Source: Dehalococcoidia bacterium (GTDB taxonomy: Bacteria > Chloroflexota > Dehalococcoidia > Lucifugimonadales > QGNO01). Taken from it: a stretch of 64,000 bases of DNA. The translations under genes were made by a program, and so were the position numbers. Shown here one piece after another: positions 10,013-20,407 of this stretch. The DNA is taken from NCBI GenBank assembly GCA_965197965.1, contig OZ240235.1, forward strand, positions 859,037 to 923,036, written 5' to 3'. Positions within the stretch are counted from its first letter, which is position 1. The number at the start of each line of letters is the position of its first letter. The notes beneath the pieces are model-generated. The model searched no databases. It worked only from the letters and a program-made list of their open reading frames with translations, and was not told the origin of the DNA.

Positions 10013-11872
10013 ATGTTTGTTATCGGTACCGCTGGCCACGTAGATCACGGCAAATCGGTGCTGGTGGAGGCTCTCACCGGCATAGACCCCGACCGCCTAG
10101 ATGAGGAGAAGAGGCGGGGGATGACCATTGACCTTGGTTTTGCTTGGATGACCCTGCCCAGCGGCCGTGAAGTCAGCCTGGTCGACGTGCCGGGCCATGA
10201 ACGGTTCATCAAGAACATGCTGGCCGGCGTGGGCGGCATCGACCTGGCGCTGCTGGTCATCGCCGCCGACGAATCGGTGATGCCCCAGACCCGTGAGCAC
10301 CTTGCCATCCTAGACCTTCTCCAGGTCAGCCGGGGACTCGTCGCCATCACCAAGAGGGATCTAGTGGACGACGACTGGCTGGAGCTCGTCGAGGCTGAAG
10401 CGGAAGAGCTTCTGGAAGGGACGGCGCTGGAAGGAGCGGGCATATTTCCCGTCTCCGCTTTTACCGGAGACGGCCTGCCCGAGCTAAAGGCGGCTATAGA
10501 CTCTCTTCTGGAACAGACCCCGCCGCGCCGCGACATTGGTCGGCCCCGCCTCCCCATAGACCGGTCCTTTGTTATAGCCGGTTTCGGAACCGTGGTCACG
10601 GGCACCCTGATGGAGGGCACTCTCTCCGTAGGACAGGAGGTTGAGCTTGTTCTGGCCGGGAAAGGTTCCCGTATTCGCGGTCTTCAAACTCACCGCAAAA
10701 GCGAGGAAACGGTGCAACCCGGTACCCGTACTGCGGCCAATCTGGCGGGGATATCACAAGAGGAGGCACAGCGCGGCGACGTGCTCACGGTTCCCCGCTG
10801 GTTGAAGACCGCTAGGACAATCGACGTGCAGCTAAGGTTGGTGGCGAGCCTGCTCCGTCCCCTCAAGCACAATACCACCGTTACTCTTCATACAGGCACC
10901 AGCGAGACCTTTTGCCGCGTGCTGCTCCTGGACCGCGACCAGCTTCATCCCGGCGATACCGGGTGGGCGCAGCTGCGCTTGGAACAGCCTGTGCCCGTGG
11001 TGAAGGGCGACTACTTCATCATTCGTTCCTCGGAGACCACCCTGGGCGGCGGCAACGTAGTGGGCGCTCAAGCCCGCCGGCACAGGCGCAAAGACGCCTC
11101 GACTATACAGAGGCTGGCAATGCTGCAGGAGGGCAGCAGCGGGGAAGCGCTGCTAGCCGCGCTGGAAGCCCACGGCCCACTGGATATCAAGACCCTCGCC
11201 CAGCAGGTCAACCTATCCCTGGAAGAGACGCAGGATTGGGCCGCGTCTCTCACCGAGGAAGGGAACATCCTCTCCCTGGAACCCAAGCACGGCGGGGCGT
11301 CAACCTTGCTATCGTTCTCTCTATGGTCCAGAACCAAGCGGAACGTGGAAGCATTCCTTGCGGAATACCACGCGCAACATCCCCTACGCCGCGGCGCTCT
11401 GCGCGAGGAGGTGAGGAGCCGGCTAAGCACATCCCCGCAAACATCGCAACTCCTGCTGGAAAAGCTGATTGAAGAAGGTGTGGTCGTGGAAGACGAATCT
11501 CTCTTCAGGCTCCCCCAGCACAAGCCTTCGATCAGTGATGCACAGCGCCGCGAGCTCGATGAATACGTAGCGCTGTTTGAATCGAACCCCTTCTCTCCCC
11601 CCAACGCCAACCTTCCCCGTCCAGACCTGCTCAACATCCTGGTAGAAGAAGGGAAAATCGTCAAAGTCAGTGACACCGTCGTCTTCACTTCAAACGCCTA
11701 TAAGGATATGGTTGACAGCGTGGTGAAGCACCTTGAAAGCGAAGGCAAGATAACCGTCGCCCAGGTACGCGACCTGTTCAAAACCAGCCGCAAATACGCC
11801 CTTGCCCTCATGGAACATCTGGACCAGAGGCGCATCACTCGCCGCACCGGCGACGAGCGAGTGCTGAGATAG
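10013..11872 (+). CDS. selB: Selenocysteine-specific elongation factor SelB
   Basis: GTAGHVDHGKS, RGMTIDLGFA, DVPGHERFIKNM, C-terminal winged-helix SRKYALALMEHLD...TRRTGDER. Confidence 0.97.
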   Translation: MFVIGTAGHVDHGKSVLVEALTGIDPDRLDEEKRRGMTIDLGFAWMTLPSGREVSLVDVPGHERFIKNMLAGVGGIDLALLVIAADESVMPQTREHLAILDLLQVSRGLVAITKRDLVDDDWLELVEAEAEELLEGTALEGAGIFPVSAFTGDGLPELKAAIDSLLEQTPPRRDIGRPRLPIDRSFVIAGFGTVVTGTLMEGTLSVGQEVELVLAGKGSRIRGLQTHRKSEETVQPGTRTAANLAGISQEEAQRGDVLTVPRWLKTARTIDVQLRLVASLLRPLKHNTTVTLHTGTSETFCRVLLLDRDQLHPGDTGWAQLRLEQPVPVVKGDYFIIRSSETTLGGGNVVGAQARRHRRKDASTIQRLAMLQEGSSGEALLAALEAHGPLDIKTLAQQVNLSLEETQDWAASLTEEGNILSLEPKHGGASTLLSFSLWSRTKRNVEAFLAEYHAQHPLRRGALREEVRSRLSTSPQTSQLLLEKLIEEGVVVEDESLFRLPQHKPSISDAQRRELDEYVALFESNPFSPPNANLPRPDLLNILVEEGKIVKVSDTVVFTSNAYKDMVDSVVKHLESEGKITVAQVRDLFKTSRKYALALMEHLDQRRITRRTGDERVLR

Positions 11873-11873
11873 C

Positions 11874-12950
11874 ATGCCGCTGAACCTGGAACACGTCTCA
11901 GCTCAGGTGGAGGCCATGAGCGCCAGCCTCCAATCGCAGAGTGCACGACGCCTCAGGCACATCGAACAGGCCGTCAATGCCCTGCGCTCCATCGGAGAAG
12001 ACGCCCGCTATTCTTCTCCGACGCCGCCAGAAGATCACCGCACCATTGCCGTGGACGGTTCGCACATAGACGTGAACCGCCACATGCCAGTGCGCTGCGC
12101 CCTGATCAACATAAGCAAGGTAGTGCTTCAATATGGAGCGTCGGCGGGCGCCAGGCTGGAAAGCTATCCCAAGCTGTACGCATCCCCTGAGGAGCTTTTT
12201 ATCCGTGACCCCAATGGCACAGACCGGCGGCCACTGGAAGGCGCGCTCATGGGCATGAGGCGCGCCGTTGAAGAGGTCACGGCGCTTGCTGAGCTGGCTG
12301 AAGATACCCTAGACGATACCCCTACCCTTGCTCTCATCGACGGCTCTTTAGGCCTATGGGATCCGGCGTTCTCCACCTACCCCGATTACGTACACCAAAG
12401 CCTCCTGGCCCAGGGAATCCTCTCCGCGCTGGATAGAATGCGGACCCTGGCCGCCAAACATCCCCTGGCCCTGGCGGCCTACGTCAGTCTCCCCAGAAGC
12501 ACCACTGTGCTCAATACGCTGCCCCTGCGCCACCTGCCTCAAGACGAAGTGAGCCAGCTAACCGATAGGGACGTTTTCCAGCAAGTGCTATCCGAGGGTG
12601 AAAGGTCGAAGCTATTCGAAAATACGTCACTGATTGTGCGTGAATACTACGGCGGCCACTCCGTCCGCTTCTACTATCTGAATACCGCCGACGAGATAGC
12701 CCGCGTCGAGGTTCCAGCTTGGGTCGCGCAAGATGAGGCCATGCTGGGGATGTCCCATGCCTTGATCCTCGACCAGTGCGGCAAGGGATTCGGCTATCCT
12801 ATTGCCCTAATGGAAGCCCACGAGCAAGCGGTCATTGGCGGGGCTGAAAGAGAAACGTTCCGCCAAATGGTGGAGGATTCCCTAGCGCAGCATCACCTGC
12901 CCGTTTACACTTCTCAGAAAGACCGCTCAAAGACACTGAGGCTGCTCTGA
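11874..12950 (+). CDS. nurA: DNA double-strand break repair nuclease NurA
   Basis: IAVDGS, LIDGSL, IARVEVP, GYPIALMEAHEQA motifs; operon with HerA. Confidence 0.88.
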   Translation: MPLNLEHVSAQVEAMSASLQSQSARRLRHIEQAVNALRSIGEDARYSSPTPPEDHRTIAVDGSHIDVNRHMPVRCALINISKVVLQYGASAGARLESYPKLYASPEELFIRDPNGTDRRPLEGALMGMRRAVEEVTALAELAEDTLDDTPTLALIDGSLGLWDPAFSTYPDYVHQSLLAQGILSALDRMRTLAAKHPLALAAYVSLPRSTTVLNTLPLRHLPQDEVSQLTDRDVFQQVLSEGERSKLFENTSLIVREYYGGHSVRFYYLNTADEIARVEVPAWVAQDEAMLGMSHALILDQCGKGFGYPIALMEAHEQAVIGGAERETFRQMVEDSLAQHHLPVYTSQKDRSKTLRLL

Positions 12951-12951
12951 G

Positions 12952-13095
12952 ATGAACGTTGAGATACGCGCCGCTAGAGTTGACGACTACCGTGACGACG
13001 AGTACGGCTTCGTCATAGAGGGAACCCACAAAGCCTTCGCATTTCGGGAAGGCGAATACGTAGACTCCTACTCCATGGCGAGGGTAAAGCCCTGA
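12952..13095 (+). pseudogene. Internally deleted GNAT acetyltransferase remnant (47 aa, in frame)
   Basis: MNVEIRAARVDDY joined to GFVIEGTHKAFAFREGEYVDSYSMARVKP, the typical first and last segments of YhhY/RimL-type GNATs; TGATG overlap with next gene. Confidence 0.6.
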
Positions 13096-13703
13096 TGCAG
13101 CCGTCAACAGAGCCCCAGTCAACCGGACGGCGCATCGCCGAAGTGGTGGAATCTTTCAGCAACGGCTTCACCGCCCACTGCTACCGCCTCTATGAAGCGC
13201 CTCCACTGGGCGCTCTGATTCGCACTGGCGGGAATCAGCCCGTGTTTGCAGTGGTGCGTGGCATAACCACCTTGCCCATGAACCCGGCAAGGCGACCCGT
13301 GGCGCGCGCCCAGAATGAAGAGGACGAAGAAGAGGTGTACTCCAACAACCCTCAGCTCCCCCACCTGCTGCGCACCGATTTCCAAGCCACCATTGTGGGG
13401 CATGAAGCCAACGGAGCGCTGCAGAGGCGCCTCCCGCCCCATCCGCCGCGTATCCACGCCTTTATATACAACTGCTCGTCTGAAGAGATACTCTCCTTTA
13501 GCCAGGACTTGAACTTCTTCCCGTTGATTTTCTCAGAGGGAGGTCCCCTAACCGATGAGGTGGTGTCCGCCTTCCTCAGACAAGCCTCCTCCCTGCATTC
13601 CGATCCCGAGGCGTTCCTGGCGGCGGCGGGCCGTCAGCTGGCGCGCCTTTTCGCCCGTGATACGCGCCGCTTGGACGCCCTGCTAAGGAGCTTGCACCCA
13701 TGA
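13095..13703 (+). CDS. HAS-barrel domain protein
   Basis: IAEVVES...APPLGALIR...PPHPPRIH pattern; position between nurA and herA; ATGA overlap with herA. Confidence 0.75.
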   Translation: MQPSTEPQSTGRRIAEVVESFSNGFTAHCYRLYEAPPLGALIRTGGNQPVFAVVRGITTLPMNPARRPVARAQNEEDEEEVYSNNPQLPHLLRTDFQATIVGHEANGALQRRLPPHPPRIHAFIYNCSSEEILSFSQDLNFFPLIFSEGGPLTDEVVSAFLRQASSLHSDPEAFLAAAGRQLARLFARDTRRLDALLRSLHP

Positions 13704-15331
13704 ACGACAGGAACGGGGCGTTCATGGGAACGGTCATCGGCGGGTCATTGAACAGGGGCGTCGAGGTGAGATTAGACCCTTCGTTTCCCGTGGAAAGCGT
13801 CAAAGTGGGCGGATTCGTAGCCATCCAGGGACAAGCGCAGCGGTTCTTCGGCATCGTCTCAGACGTCGCCCTTGAAACGGTGGACGCATCCCTGCGCGGC
13901 ATGCCCCCGGAGGCTTGGGACAGTTTCACAGCCTCCGTAATGTCCCATACAAACGCCTACGCCATTGTCACCGTGCTGCCTCAGCTTGTCATCGGGGGCA
14001 GTCCCCTGGCCATGATCGAAGGGCCCCAGCCGGCGCGCGCCATACCGCCCCACTTTTCCAAGGCGCACCAGGCTTCCGAGGAGGACGTGCTTGCCGTGTT
14101 CGGTGCGGAGGACGAGCGACACATCTGGGTCGGCAGTCCGTTGGACATGGAGGACACGCGCATCCACCTTGACCTGGAAGAGCTGGTAAAAAGGTCCAAC
14201 GGCGTCTTCGGCAAGAGCGGCACCGGAAAATCCTTCCTCACCCGCATCCTTCTGGCGGGAACGCTGCAGAAGGATGCGGCGGTAAACCTGGTCTTCGACA
14301 TGCACAACGAATACGGCTGGCAGGGGACCAGGGAGGGCGGCCCTCCCGTCAAGGGACTGAAGCAGCTCTTCCCTTCCAGGGTGGCTGTGTTTTCCCTAGA
14401 CCCCAAGATGTCCCAGTGGCGCGGCCTCACGCCGGACGCAGAGGTCACGATAGGTTACAACGAAATAGAGCCGCAGGACATGGAGACCCTAGCTGAAACG
14501 CTCAACCTGACGCCGCAGGGAGTCGCAGCGGTGTACAGCCTGGTGCGCCGCTTCGGCCAGGATGCCTGGCTGAACGAGTTCCTCAAGCGGGAGTCACGCG
14601 AGGAGTTGACGGCCCTGGCCGAAGAGACTTCGGAGGTGTTCCAGGTTCTGTTCACCCTCCACAGGCGCTTGCGCACCCTGGGGCGCATGGGCTTCCTGCT
14701 GCCCAAGTCGCCCGACGACGCCGTGCGCCGCATCCTCGACTACCTTGATCGAGGTATACACGTGGTGCTGGAGTTCGGGCGCTACGGCAACGACCTGCCC
14801 GCCTACGTTCTGGTCGCCAACCTGCTCACCCGCCGGATTCACGATAGGTACGTGCAGCGCACAGAGGAGGCAATGGGCGATAGAACAAGGGAACCCAAGC
14901 CGCTGGTGATTACGGTGGAGGAGGCGCACCGTTTCCTCACCCCGGGGGTAGCCTCTCAGACCATCTTTGGCGCAATTGCCAGGGAGATGAGGAAGTACAG
15001 GGTAACGCTGCTCATCGTGGATCAACGTCCCAGCGGCATAGACGAGGAGGTGCTCAGCCAGCTGGGGACACGGTTCACCTACCTACTGGACAACGAGCGC
15101 GACGTGGACGGCGTTCTGTCCGGTGCGCCGGGGGCACGCGAGCTTAGGTCCGTCCTGTCCAGACTGGACTCACAGCAGCAAGCATTGCTGTTCGGGCACG
15201 CTTTGCCCATGCCGGTGGTTATACGAGCCAGGGAGTACGGGACGGAAGAGTCCTACCGCGATTTCGGTTTTCGCGATGCCGCGGAGCTCCGGCGCCAGGT
15301 GGAGGCGGATAGCCGGGATCTATTCGGATAA
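13700..15331 (+). CDS. herA: HerA-family ATPase/helicase (DUF87)
   Basis: N-terminal HAS barrel, GKSGTGKS Walker A, FDMHNEY, VEEAHRF Walker B, AREMRKY, VDQRPS. Confidence 0.9.
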   Translation: MNDRNGAFMGTVIGGSLNRGVEVRLDPSFPVESVKVGGFVAIQGQAQRFFGIVSDVALETVDASLRGMPPEAWDSFTASVMSHTNAYAIVTVLPQLVIGGSPLAMIEGPQPARAIPPHFSKAHQASEEDVLAVFGAEDERHIWVGSPLDMEDTRIHLDLEELVKRSNGVFGKSGTGKSFLTRILLAGTLQKDAAVNLVFDMHNEYGWQGTREGGPPVKGLKQLFPSRVAVFSLDPKMSQWRGLTPDAEVTIGYNEIEPQDMETLAETLNLTPQGVAAVYSLVRRFGQDAWLNEFLKRESREELTALAEETSEVFQVLFTLHRRLRTLGRMGFLLPKSPDDAVRRILDYLDRGIHVVLEFGRYGNDLPAYVLVANLLTRRIHDRYVQRTEEAMGDRTREPKPLVITVEEAHRFLTPGVASQTIFGAIAREMRKYRVTLLIVDQRPSGIDEEVLSQLGTRFTYLLDNERDVDGVLSGAPGARELRSVLSRLDSQQQALLFGHALPMPVVIRAREYGTEESYRDFGFRDAAELRRQVEADSRDLFG

Positions 15332-15392
15332 GTTGTCCGCACCCGCCGCTACCTAGAAGTCGCTGCGGGTACGCTATATACTGAAATAACCG

Positions 15393-16466
15393 ATGAGCAT
15401 GCTTGAGTACATGGAGCGGAACAACTTCGAGCAGCTAAGCGCCTACACCGATCCGGAAGTAGGGCTGAGGGCGCTGATTTCCATACACGACACCACCCTG
15501 GGTCCCGCGATAGGCGGAGTGCGCGTCTGGCCCCATTCCACCGAGGAAGCCGCCGTAGAGGACGTGCTGCGGCTGGGAAGGGCCATGACCTACAAATCGG
15601 CGGCGGCGGGGCTTCACTTCGGTGGGGGCAAAGCGCTGATCATCGCCGACCCCCGCAAGGACAAGACGGAAGCCCTGATGCGCTCCTTCGGCAGATTTGT
15701 GGAGACGCTGGGCGGACGCTACATCACCACGGAAGACGTGGGCATGACGCTGCTAGACCTGGAGTGGATATCCCAGGAGACCTCGCACATTGTGGGCCTG
15801 CCCATTTCCATGGGCGGAAGCGGCGATACCTCCAAGATGACCGGCTTTGGCGTTTACCGGGGAATGAAAGCCTGCGCCAAGGAGGTCTGGAACTCCGATT
15901 CGCTGTCCGGCAGCACTGTTGCCATCCAGGGCTTCGGCAACACGGCGCGCGCCCTGGCTGAGCAGTTGATAGACAACGAGCAGGACGTGAAGCTGATAGT
16001 CAGCGACATCTACGAAGGAGCCTTGGACAAAGCCAGGGAGTTCGGAGCCGAAATCGTCGGTGTGGAGGAGATCTACGGCGTGGAGTGCGACGTATTTGCC
16101 CCGTGCGCCCTGGGCGGCGTGCTCAACGGCAGCGCCATACCGCAAATCAAGGCGGCCATCGTCTGCGGCTCCGCCAACAACCAGCTCTCAGAGGACGAAG
16201 ACGCCGTTGCTCTTCAGAAAAGGGGTATCCTGTACGCCCCGGACTTCATAGTCAATGCCGGCGGTGTAATCAACGTCTCTTGCGAGGTGGGCATGACCTA
16301 CAGCAAAGAGGCGTCCACGGAGAAGACGGCGCGCATCTACCAAACGTTGGAGAGCATCATAGCGGCTTCAAAAAGCCGGGGGATCACCACCGCTCAAGCC
16401 GCCAACCGGCTGGCTGAGGAACGCATCAATTCTGTACGTAAGGTCAGGAAGGGTTACCTGGAATGA
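15393..16466 (+). CDS. ldh: Leu/Phe/Val dehydrogenase
   Basis: [47 protein letters not shown]. Confidence 0.92.
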   Translation: MSMLEYMERNNFEQLSAYTDPEVGLRALISIHDTTLGPAIGGVRVWPHSTEEAAVEDVLRLGRAMTYKSAAAGLHFGGGKALIIADPRKDKTEALMRSFGRFVETLGGRYITTEDVGMTLLDLEWISQETSHIVGLPISMGGSGDTSKMTGFGVYRGMKACAKEVWNSDSLSGSTVAIQGFGNTARALAEQLIDNEQDVKLIVSDIYEGALDKAREFGAEIVGVEEIYGVECDVFAPCALGGVLNGSAIPQIKAAIVCGSANNQLSEDEDAVALQKRGILYAPDFIVNAGGVINVSCEVGMTYSKEASTEKTARIYQTLESIIAASKSRGITTAQAANRLAEERINSVRKVRKGYLE

Positions 16467-17077
16467 AATTCAAAAATCGTTACATCCTGCTTGCGGCGCC
16501 TGTTATCATGTTACTGGCTTTGGCGTGTCAGTCTACGCCCACACCATGGCCTACGCCACCACCAAGGCCTACACCAACACCAATTCAGGAGCCAGAATTG
16601 ACTATAGATCCTGCAAAAGAATACACGGCTACGCTGCGCACCGAGAAAGGCGATATCGTCATAGCCCTAACGGCGGACAAGACGCCGATTACGGTTGACA
16701 ACTTTGTGAAGCTGGCAAGAGACGGTTACTACAACAACACCACCTTCCACCGCGTTCTTTCCGACTTCATGGCGCAGGGAGGAGACCCCACCGGCACCGG
16801 TTCCGGCAGTCCCGGGTACACCATCGCGGACGAGTTCACCGACCTCACTCACGAACGGGGCGTCATCTCCATGGCCAACACGGGTCAGCCCAACTCCGGT
16901 GGCGCGCAGTTCTTCATCACCTTTGTGCCAACGCCCTTCCTGAACGGGAAGCATACGGTTTTCGGAGCGGTCACAGAGGGCATGGACGTGGTCGACTCTC
17001 TAACGCTGCGCGACCCCAACCAGAGCCCGGACTTTCCAGGCGATACGCTCATAGAAGTGCTGATAGCGGAACAGTAG
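16463..17077 (+). CDS. Cyclophilin-type peptidyl-prolyl isomerase, lipoprotein
   Basis: Lipobox LALAC, Pro/Thr linker, [33 protein letters not shown]. Confidence 0.92.
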   Translation: MKFKNRYILLAAPVIMLLALACQSTPTPWPTPPPRPTPTPIQEPELTIDPAKEYTATLRTEKGDIVIALTADKTPITVDNFVKLARDGYYNNTTFHRVLSDFMAQGGDPTGTGSGSPGYTIADEFTDLTHERGVISMANTGQPNSGGAQFFITFVPTPFLNGKHTVFGAVTEGMDVVDSLTLRDPNQSPDFPGDTLIEVLIAEQ

Positions 17078-17107
17078 CGGCGCTGTCGGAATTGCCTGAC
17101 GAGCCTA

Positions 17108-17136
17108 AAGCCCAAGCTTCGTCGTTTCTTGGGCTT
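17108..17136. terminator. Hairpin between convergent genes, likely bidirectional terminator
   Basis: AAGCCCAAG-N11-CTTGGGCTT perfect 9-bp stem. Confidence 0.55.
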
Positions 17137-17159
17137 ATGAACAGGTCTGCAAGCCGGTC

Positions 17160-17534
17160 CTACCGGTAATCGGTATGCTCTAGGGTAGAATCGTCAATGC
17201 CGAAGTGGTGGGCCAGCTCGTGAATCACCGTGGATCTGATCTGTTCGACCATTGCTTCCCTGGTAGAGCATGCGGCCTGTATGGGATTACGGTAAATGGT
17301 TATGCGGTCGGGAAGCACCATATTGTAGTGAGAACGCTCGGTAAGGGGGATACCTTGGTAGAGGCCGAAGAGATCGTACCTGCTCTTTAGGCCCAGATCT
17401 CTGATCTCTTCCGGGCTTGGCCAATCATCCACTACAATGTCAACATTGTCCAGCCGTTCCTTGAACTGCTCGGGCAGTCCGTCCAGCGCTCTCAGCACCA
17501 ACTTCTCGAACTCTCTGTGCGATACGCGAATCAT
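17160..17534 (-). CDS. Zincin-like metallopeptidase family protein (Zincin_1/DUF1025)
   Basis: LFGLYQGIP, LPDRITIYR, VIHELAHHFGIDD. Confidence 0.88.
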   Translation of the reverse strand: MIRVSHREFEKLVLRALDGLPEQFKERLDNVDIVVDDWPSPEEIRDLGLKSRYDLFGLYQGIPLTERSHYNMVLPDRITIYRNPIQAACSTREAMVEQIRSTVIHELAHHFGIDDSTLEHTDYR

Positions 17535-18394
17535 GGTCCCCCGGCAAGGCCGGCCTGTGACCTCAACTGTTTGAGCTTGTCCACGTTGGCCTTGTCGGGA
17601 CCTTTGCCCTCCAGGCCGGGCACCTCCAGAAGGAACGGGACGTCCTTGAACGCAGGGTGACTGGCGACCGCAAGAAACGCTTGCTCTCCCATGGAGCCCA
17701 TGCCTATATTTTCGTGCCTATCAACCCCTGAAGCGAACTCCGTTTTGGAGTCATTAGCATGCACGGCAACCAGCCTGTCCAAACCCATTTCCCTATCGAA
17801 CTCTTCCATGGTCTGCGCCACGCCTTCAGCCGTCCTCAGATCGTAGCCTGAAGCAAAGGCGTGCTGCGTGTCCATACAGACCCTGAGTTGAGGACTGTCT
17901 ACCGCCTTCAGTATGCGGGCTATTTCGTTGAACTTGGAACCTATGGTGTTACCCATTCCGGCGCTGTTCTCAATGGTCAGATATACGTCGCTGGGAGAGT
18001 TGGCCAGGACCTCCTCTAGACAATCAACCGTCTGTTTGAAGATAGCGTCGTAGCCGGCCCCTTTGTGACTCCCGCCGTGGAAGATGACTCCTCTTCCACC
18101 CATGGCCGAGGCCAAGCGCATGTAGTTGATCAGCGACTGCACCCCTTTGCGAACGTTCCCTTTATTATCCGTGCCAAGGTTAATGAGATAGATGCCATGC
18201 AGGAAAACGGGCCTTATATCAGCGGCTTCCGCCTTCTCCCTGAAGGCGGTCAATCGCTCCTCAGGCGCCGGGTGGAAGGCCCAGCTCTGAGGAGACGAAC
18301 CAAAGCACTGGATGGCCTCGGCGCCTATTTCAACAGCGCGATCGATGGCTTTGTCGAAGCCGCCGGCGGTTGATACGTGCGCTCCAATACGCAT
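17531..18394 (-). CDS. nfo: Endonuclease IV
   Basis: GAHVS, HGIYLINL, IENSAG, DTQHAFASG, HANDSK, DRHENIG. Confidence 0.95.
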   Translation of the reverse strand: MRIGAHVSTAGGFDKAIDRAVEIGAEAIQCFGSSPQSWAFHPAPEERLTAFREKAEAADIRPVFLHGIYLINLGTDNKGNVRKGVQSLINYMRLASAMGGRGVIFHGGSHKGAGYDAIFKQTVDCLEEVLANSPSDVYLTIENSAGMGNTIGSKFNEIARILKAVDSPQLRVCMDTQHAFASGYDLRTAEGVAQTMEEFDREMGLDRLVAVHANDSKTEFASGVDRHENIGMGSMGEQAFLAVASHPAFKDVPFLLEVPGLEGKGPDKANVDKLKQLRSQAGLAGGP

Positions 18395-18575
18395 AGTAGA
18401 GTCCTGATAAACGTGATTAGCTGCGACTCATTATTGAAGGCGTATTTTGAAATGTCAAAGAGGACTGGCAAATGGCCTGGCTGCAAAGTTGCTCGCTTGC
18501 CCGCCGGTGGCGAGGCATGGTGGTGAGGGTTGCCCCTTTTGCCCGCGGGCGGAGGGGGCATGGCGTGGACCCTGC

Positions 18576-19934
18576 TCAGGCCGGATGCGGCGGAGCGCAT
18601 CCCAGCCAGCGCCTTTCATCGAACTCACTCTTCATATCGTCCACTATACCGACGTACTGCAGGTTAGCCGCGAGAAGCAGCGTATTACCGATGGATATGT
18701 TGTTCTCAACGAATGCGTCCATCACTAGGATCATGTTTTCAAGGTAGCTTTCCATCCGCTCGTAATATGTCGTCAGCCCTTCTGAAGGCCTGAGGTCGGC
18801 GCTGCTCCGCACCAGACTCTGCCAGCGCTCCTTGAATGCATTAAACTCCTCCATGGCTAGCTCCGGCTGGGACTGGTCTATCTGGTTCAAGAAGATATTC
18901 CAATCGCGGCTGATCAACCCTGCCTCGTTGCCCAGGTGCGCCACTGCGCACAGAACGGCGCCCTCGGTTTCTTCCACGGTCAGATTCTCCAGCAAGTCCT
19001 TGGTAAAGCCTACCCAAAGAGCTTCCGAGGTAATCCCCAAGCTGTCCAGAAGCAGATCGCCTCCTTCAGGCTCATCTTCTCTATGGCTTTCCATCAAATG
19101 AACCAAGGCCTGGGTAGAAGTAGCTTCCACCATGTATTCCACAAGCTGCCAGCTTTCCGCATACGCCAGCTCCAGATCTTGAAGCTGCCCCGCCTCTTTC
19201 CAAGAGAACTCCTGCAGCTCTTGCAAGTCCAGCAAGTCGCCGTTCTGCAAAGCGCGCCGCACCCGCCCCCGGGAATCCAGAACGCGGAAACGAGCCTGAT
19301 CAGGGTCTATTTCCATCTGCACCCTGGCCGCAATATACTCCGCCGTCCCTTCACTGAGCCAGGTGGGCAAGCCGGGCGTGGCGGGATGGGTCAGCTCATG
19401 AGCTACGTTGCGCAACAGCTCCTCTCCCTTTGTATTGACGTAGACCTTTGCCTCGGAGACCTCACCGTCTCTAAAAATATGCGAACTCAATCCGGCGAGA
19501 AATACGGGATTGGTGAATTTGCCCTCCTCCACAAAGTGTTGAAACTGCTCGGGAAGCAACACGTATATCTCAGGAAGAGGGGGATCTTCAATCGTGAACT
19601 CTCTTCTGAGCGTCTCTTTGGTGCGGAAATAGGTGTCCACTACCTGCTGCACAGTGACGAACTGTATCCAAGGCTCGTAATGAAGTACCGCGCCATCCGG
19701 CAGGTCTTCCCTGACGTAGGGCCTGCCATTGACTACAATAGTCCCTGAGAAGCTGGCCTCGTCCGGAGTGGCGGCGACCTCTTCAACCTGTTCAGGCGTT
19801 GAAGTAGGAGACGGGGTCGGAGTCGGCGAGCGTGGAGCGCAGGCAGCAGCGACTAGCGCCAGCAATATCAATGCGAAGGCTAAGACCGGCCCGACCGTCT
19901 TTCTATTGTGCAAACGGCTTCGCAAGCGGCTCAC
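18576..19934 (-). CDS. Lipoprotein with gluzincin/peptidase MA-like domain
   Basis: Lipobox AAAC, PTPTP linker, HELTH...PTWLSEGTAEY, AYAESW. Confidence 0.7.
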   Translation of the reverse strand: MSRLRSRLHNRKTVGPVLAFALILLALVAAACAPRSPTPTPSPTSTPEQVEEVAATPDEASFSGTIVVNGRPYVREDLPDGAVLHYEPWIQFVTVQQVVDTYFRTKETLRREFTIEDPPLPEIYVLLPEQFQHFVEEGKFTNPVFLAGLSSHIFRDGEVSEAKVYVNTKGEELLRNVAHELTHPATPGLPTWLSEGTAEYIAARVQMEIDPDQARFRVLDSRGRVRRALQNGDLLDLQELQEFSWKEAGQLQDLELAYAESWQLVEYMVEATSTQALVHLMESHREDEPEGGDLLLDSLGITSEALWVGFTKDLLENLTVEETEGAVLCAVAHLGNEAGLISRDWNIFLNQIDQSQPELAMEEFNAFKERWQSLVRSSADLRPSEGLTTYYERMESYLENMILVMDAFVENNISIGNTLLLAANLQYVGIVDDMKSEFDERRWLGCAPPHPA

Positions 19935-19959
19935 TTCTTCCAGGACGCGGGAAGGTTCG

Positions 19960-20403
19960 TTAGGCTACGGAAGGGAACTCTAAGCTGAACTCCCCGGCTG
20001 CTCCGTCGTAGATGAGTTTACTGTTTGCCAGAACGTCAGTCCCAATCAGCATCATTATTCCCTGCTCAAGCACATTGCACGAGGTTATTACTAGGTCTTG
20101 AAAGTACTCGGCTATGCCGCTGAGTTGTACTTCATAGAGTGGGTTTGCGCTTTGTTCGCCGTTTGCGGTCACTATAGTAGCCGCGCCTGACGCAACGAAG
20201 CCATAGGTTTGAGCGATGCGCAGGTCAATCGCAGTCATAGTGGCGCCGGTGTCAACCAGCACAGGCCCGTTGACCGCAATTCCTCCCTTCAACGGCGTGA
20301 TGGTCACCCATACTATCGGGCGGAACGAGAGGGCTTCCCTGACCGCGTCACCGACTTTGTAGGCGTGCTTCCTACTCTCAATCGGTAACGTGACTTTACT
20401 CAC
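19960..20403 (-). CDS. Retropepsin-like aspartic protease (single domain)
   Basis: LVDTGA catalytic motif, TANG flap, LIGTDVL. Confidence 0.8.
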   Translation of the reverse strand: MSKVTLPIESRKHAYKVGDAVREALSFRPIVWVTITPLKGGIAVNGPVLVDTGATMTAIDLRIAQTYGFVASGAATIVTANGEQSANPLYEVQLSGIAEYFQDLVITSCNVLEQGIMMLIGTDVLANSKLIYDGAAGEFSLEFPSVA

Positions 20404-20407
20404 TGAG

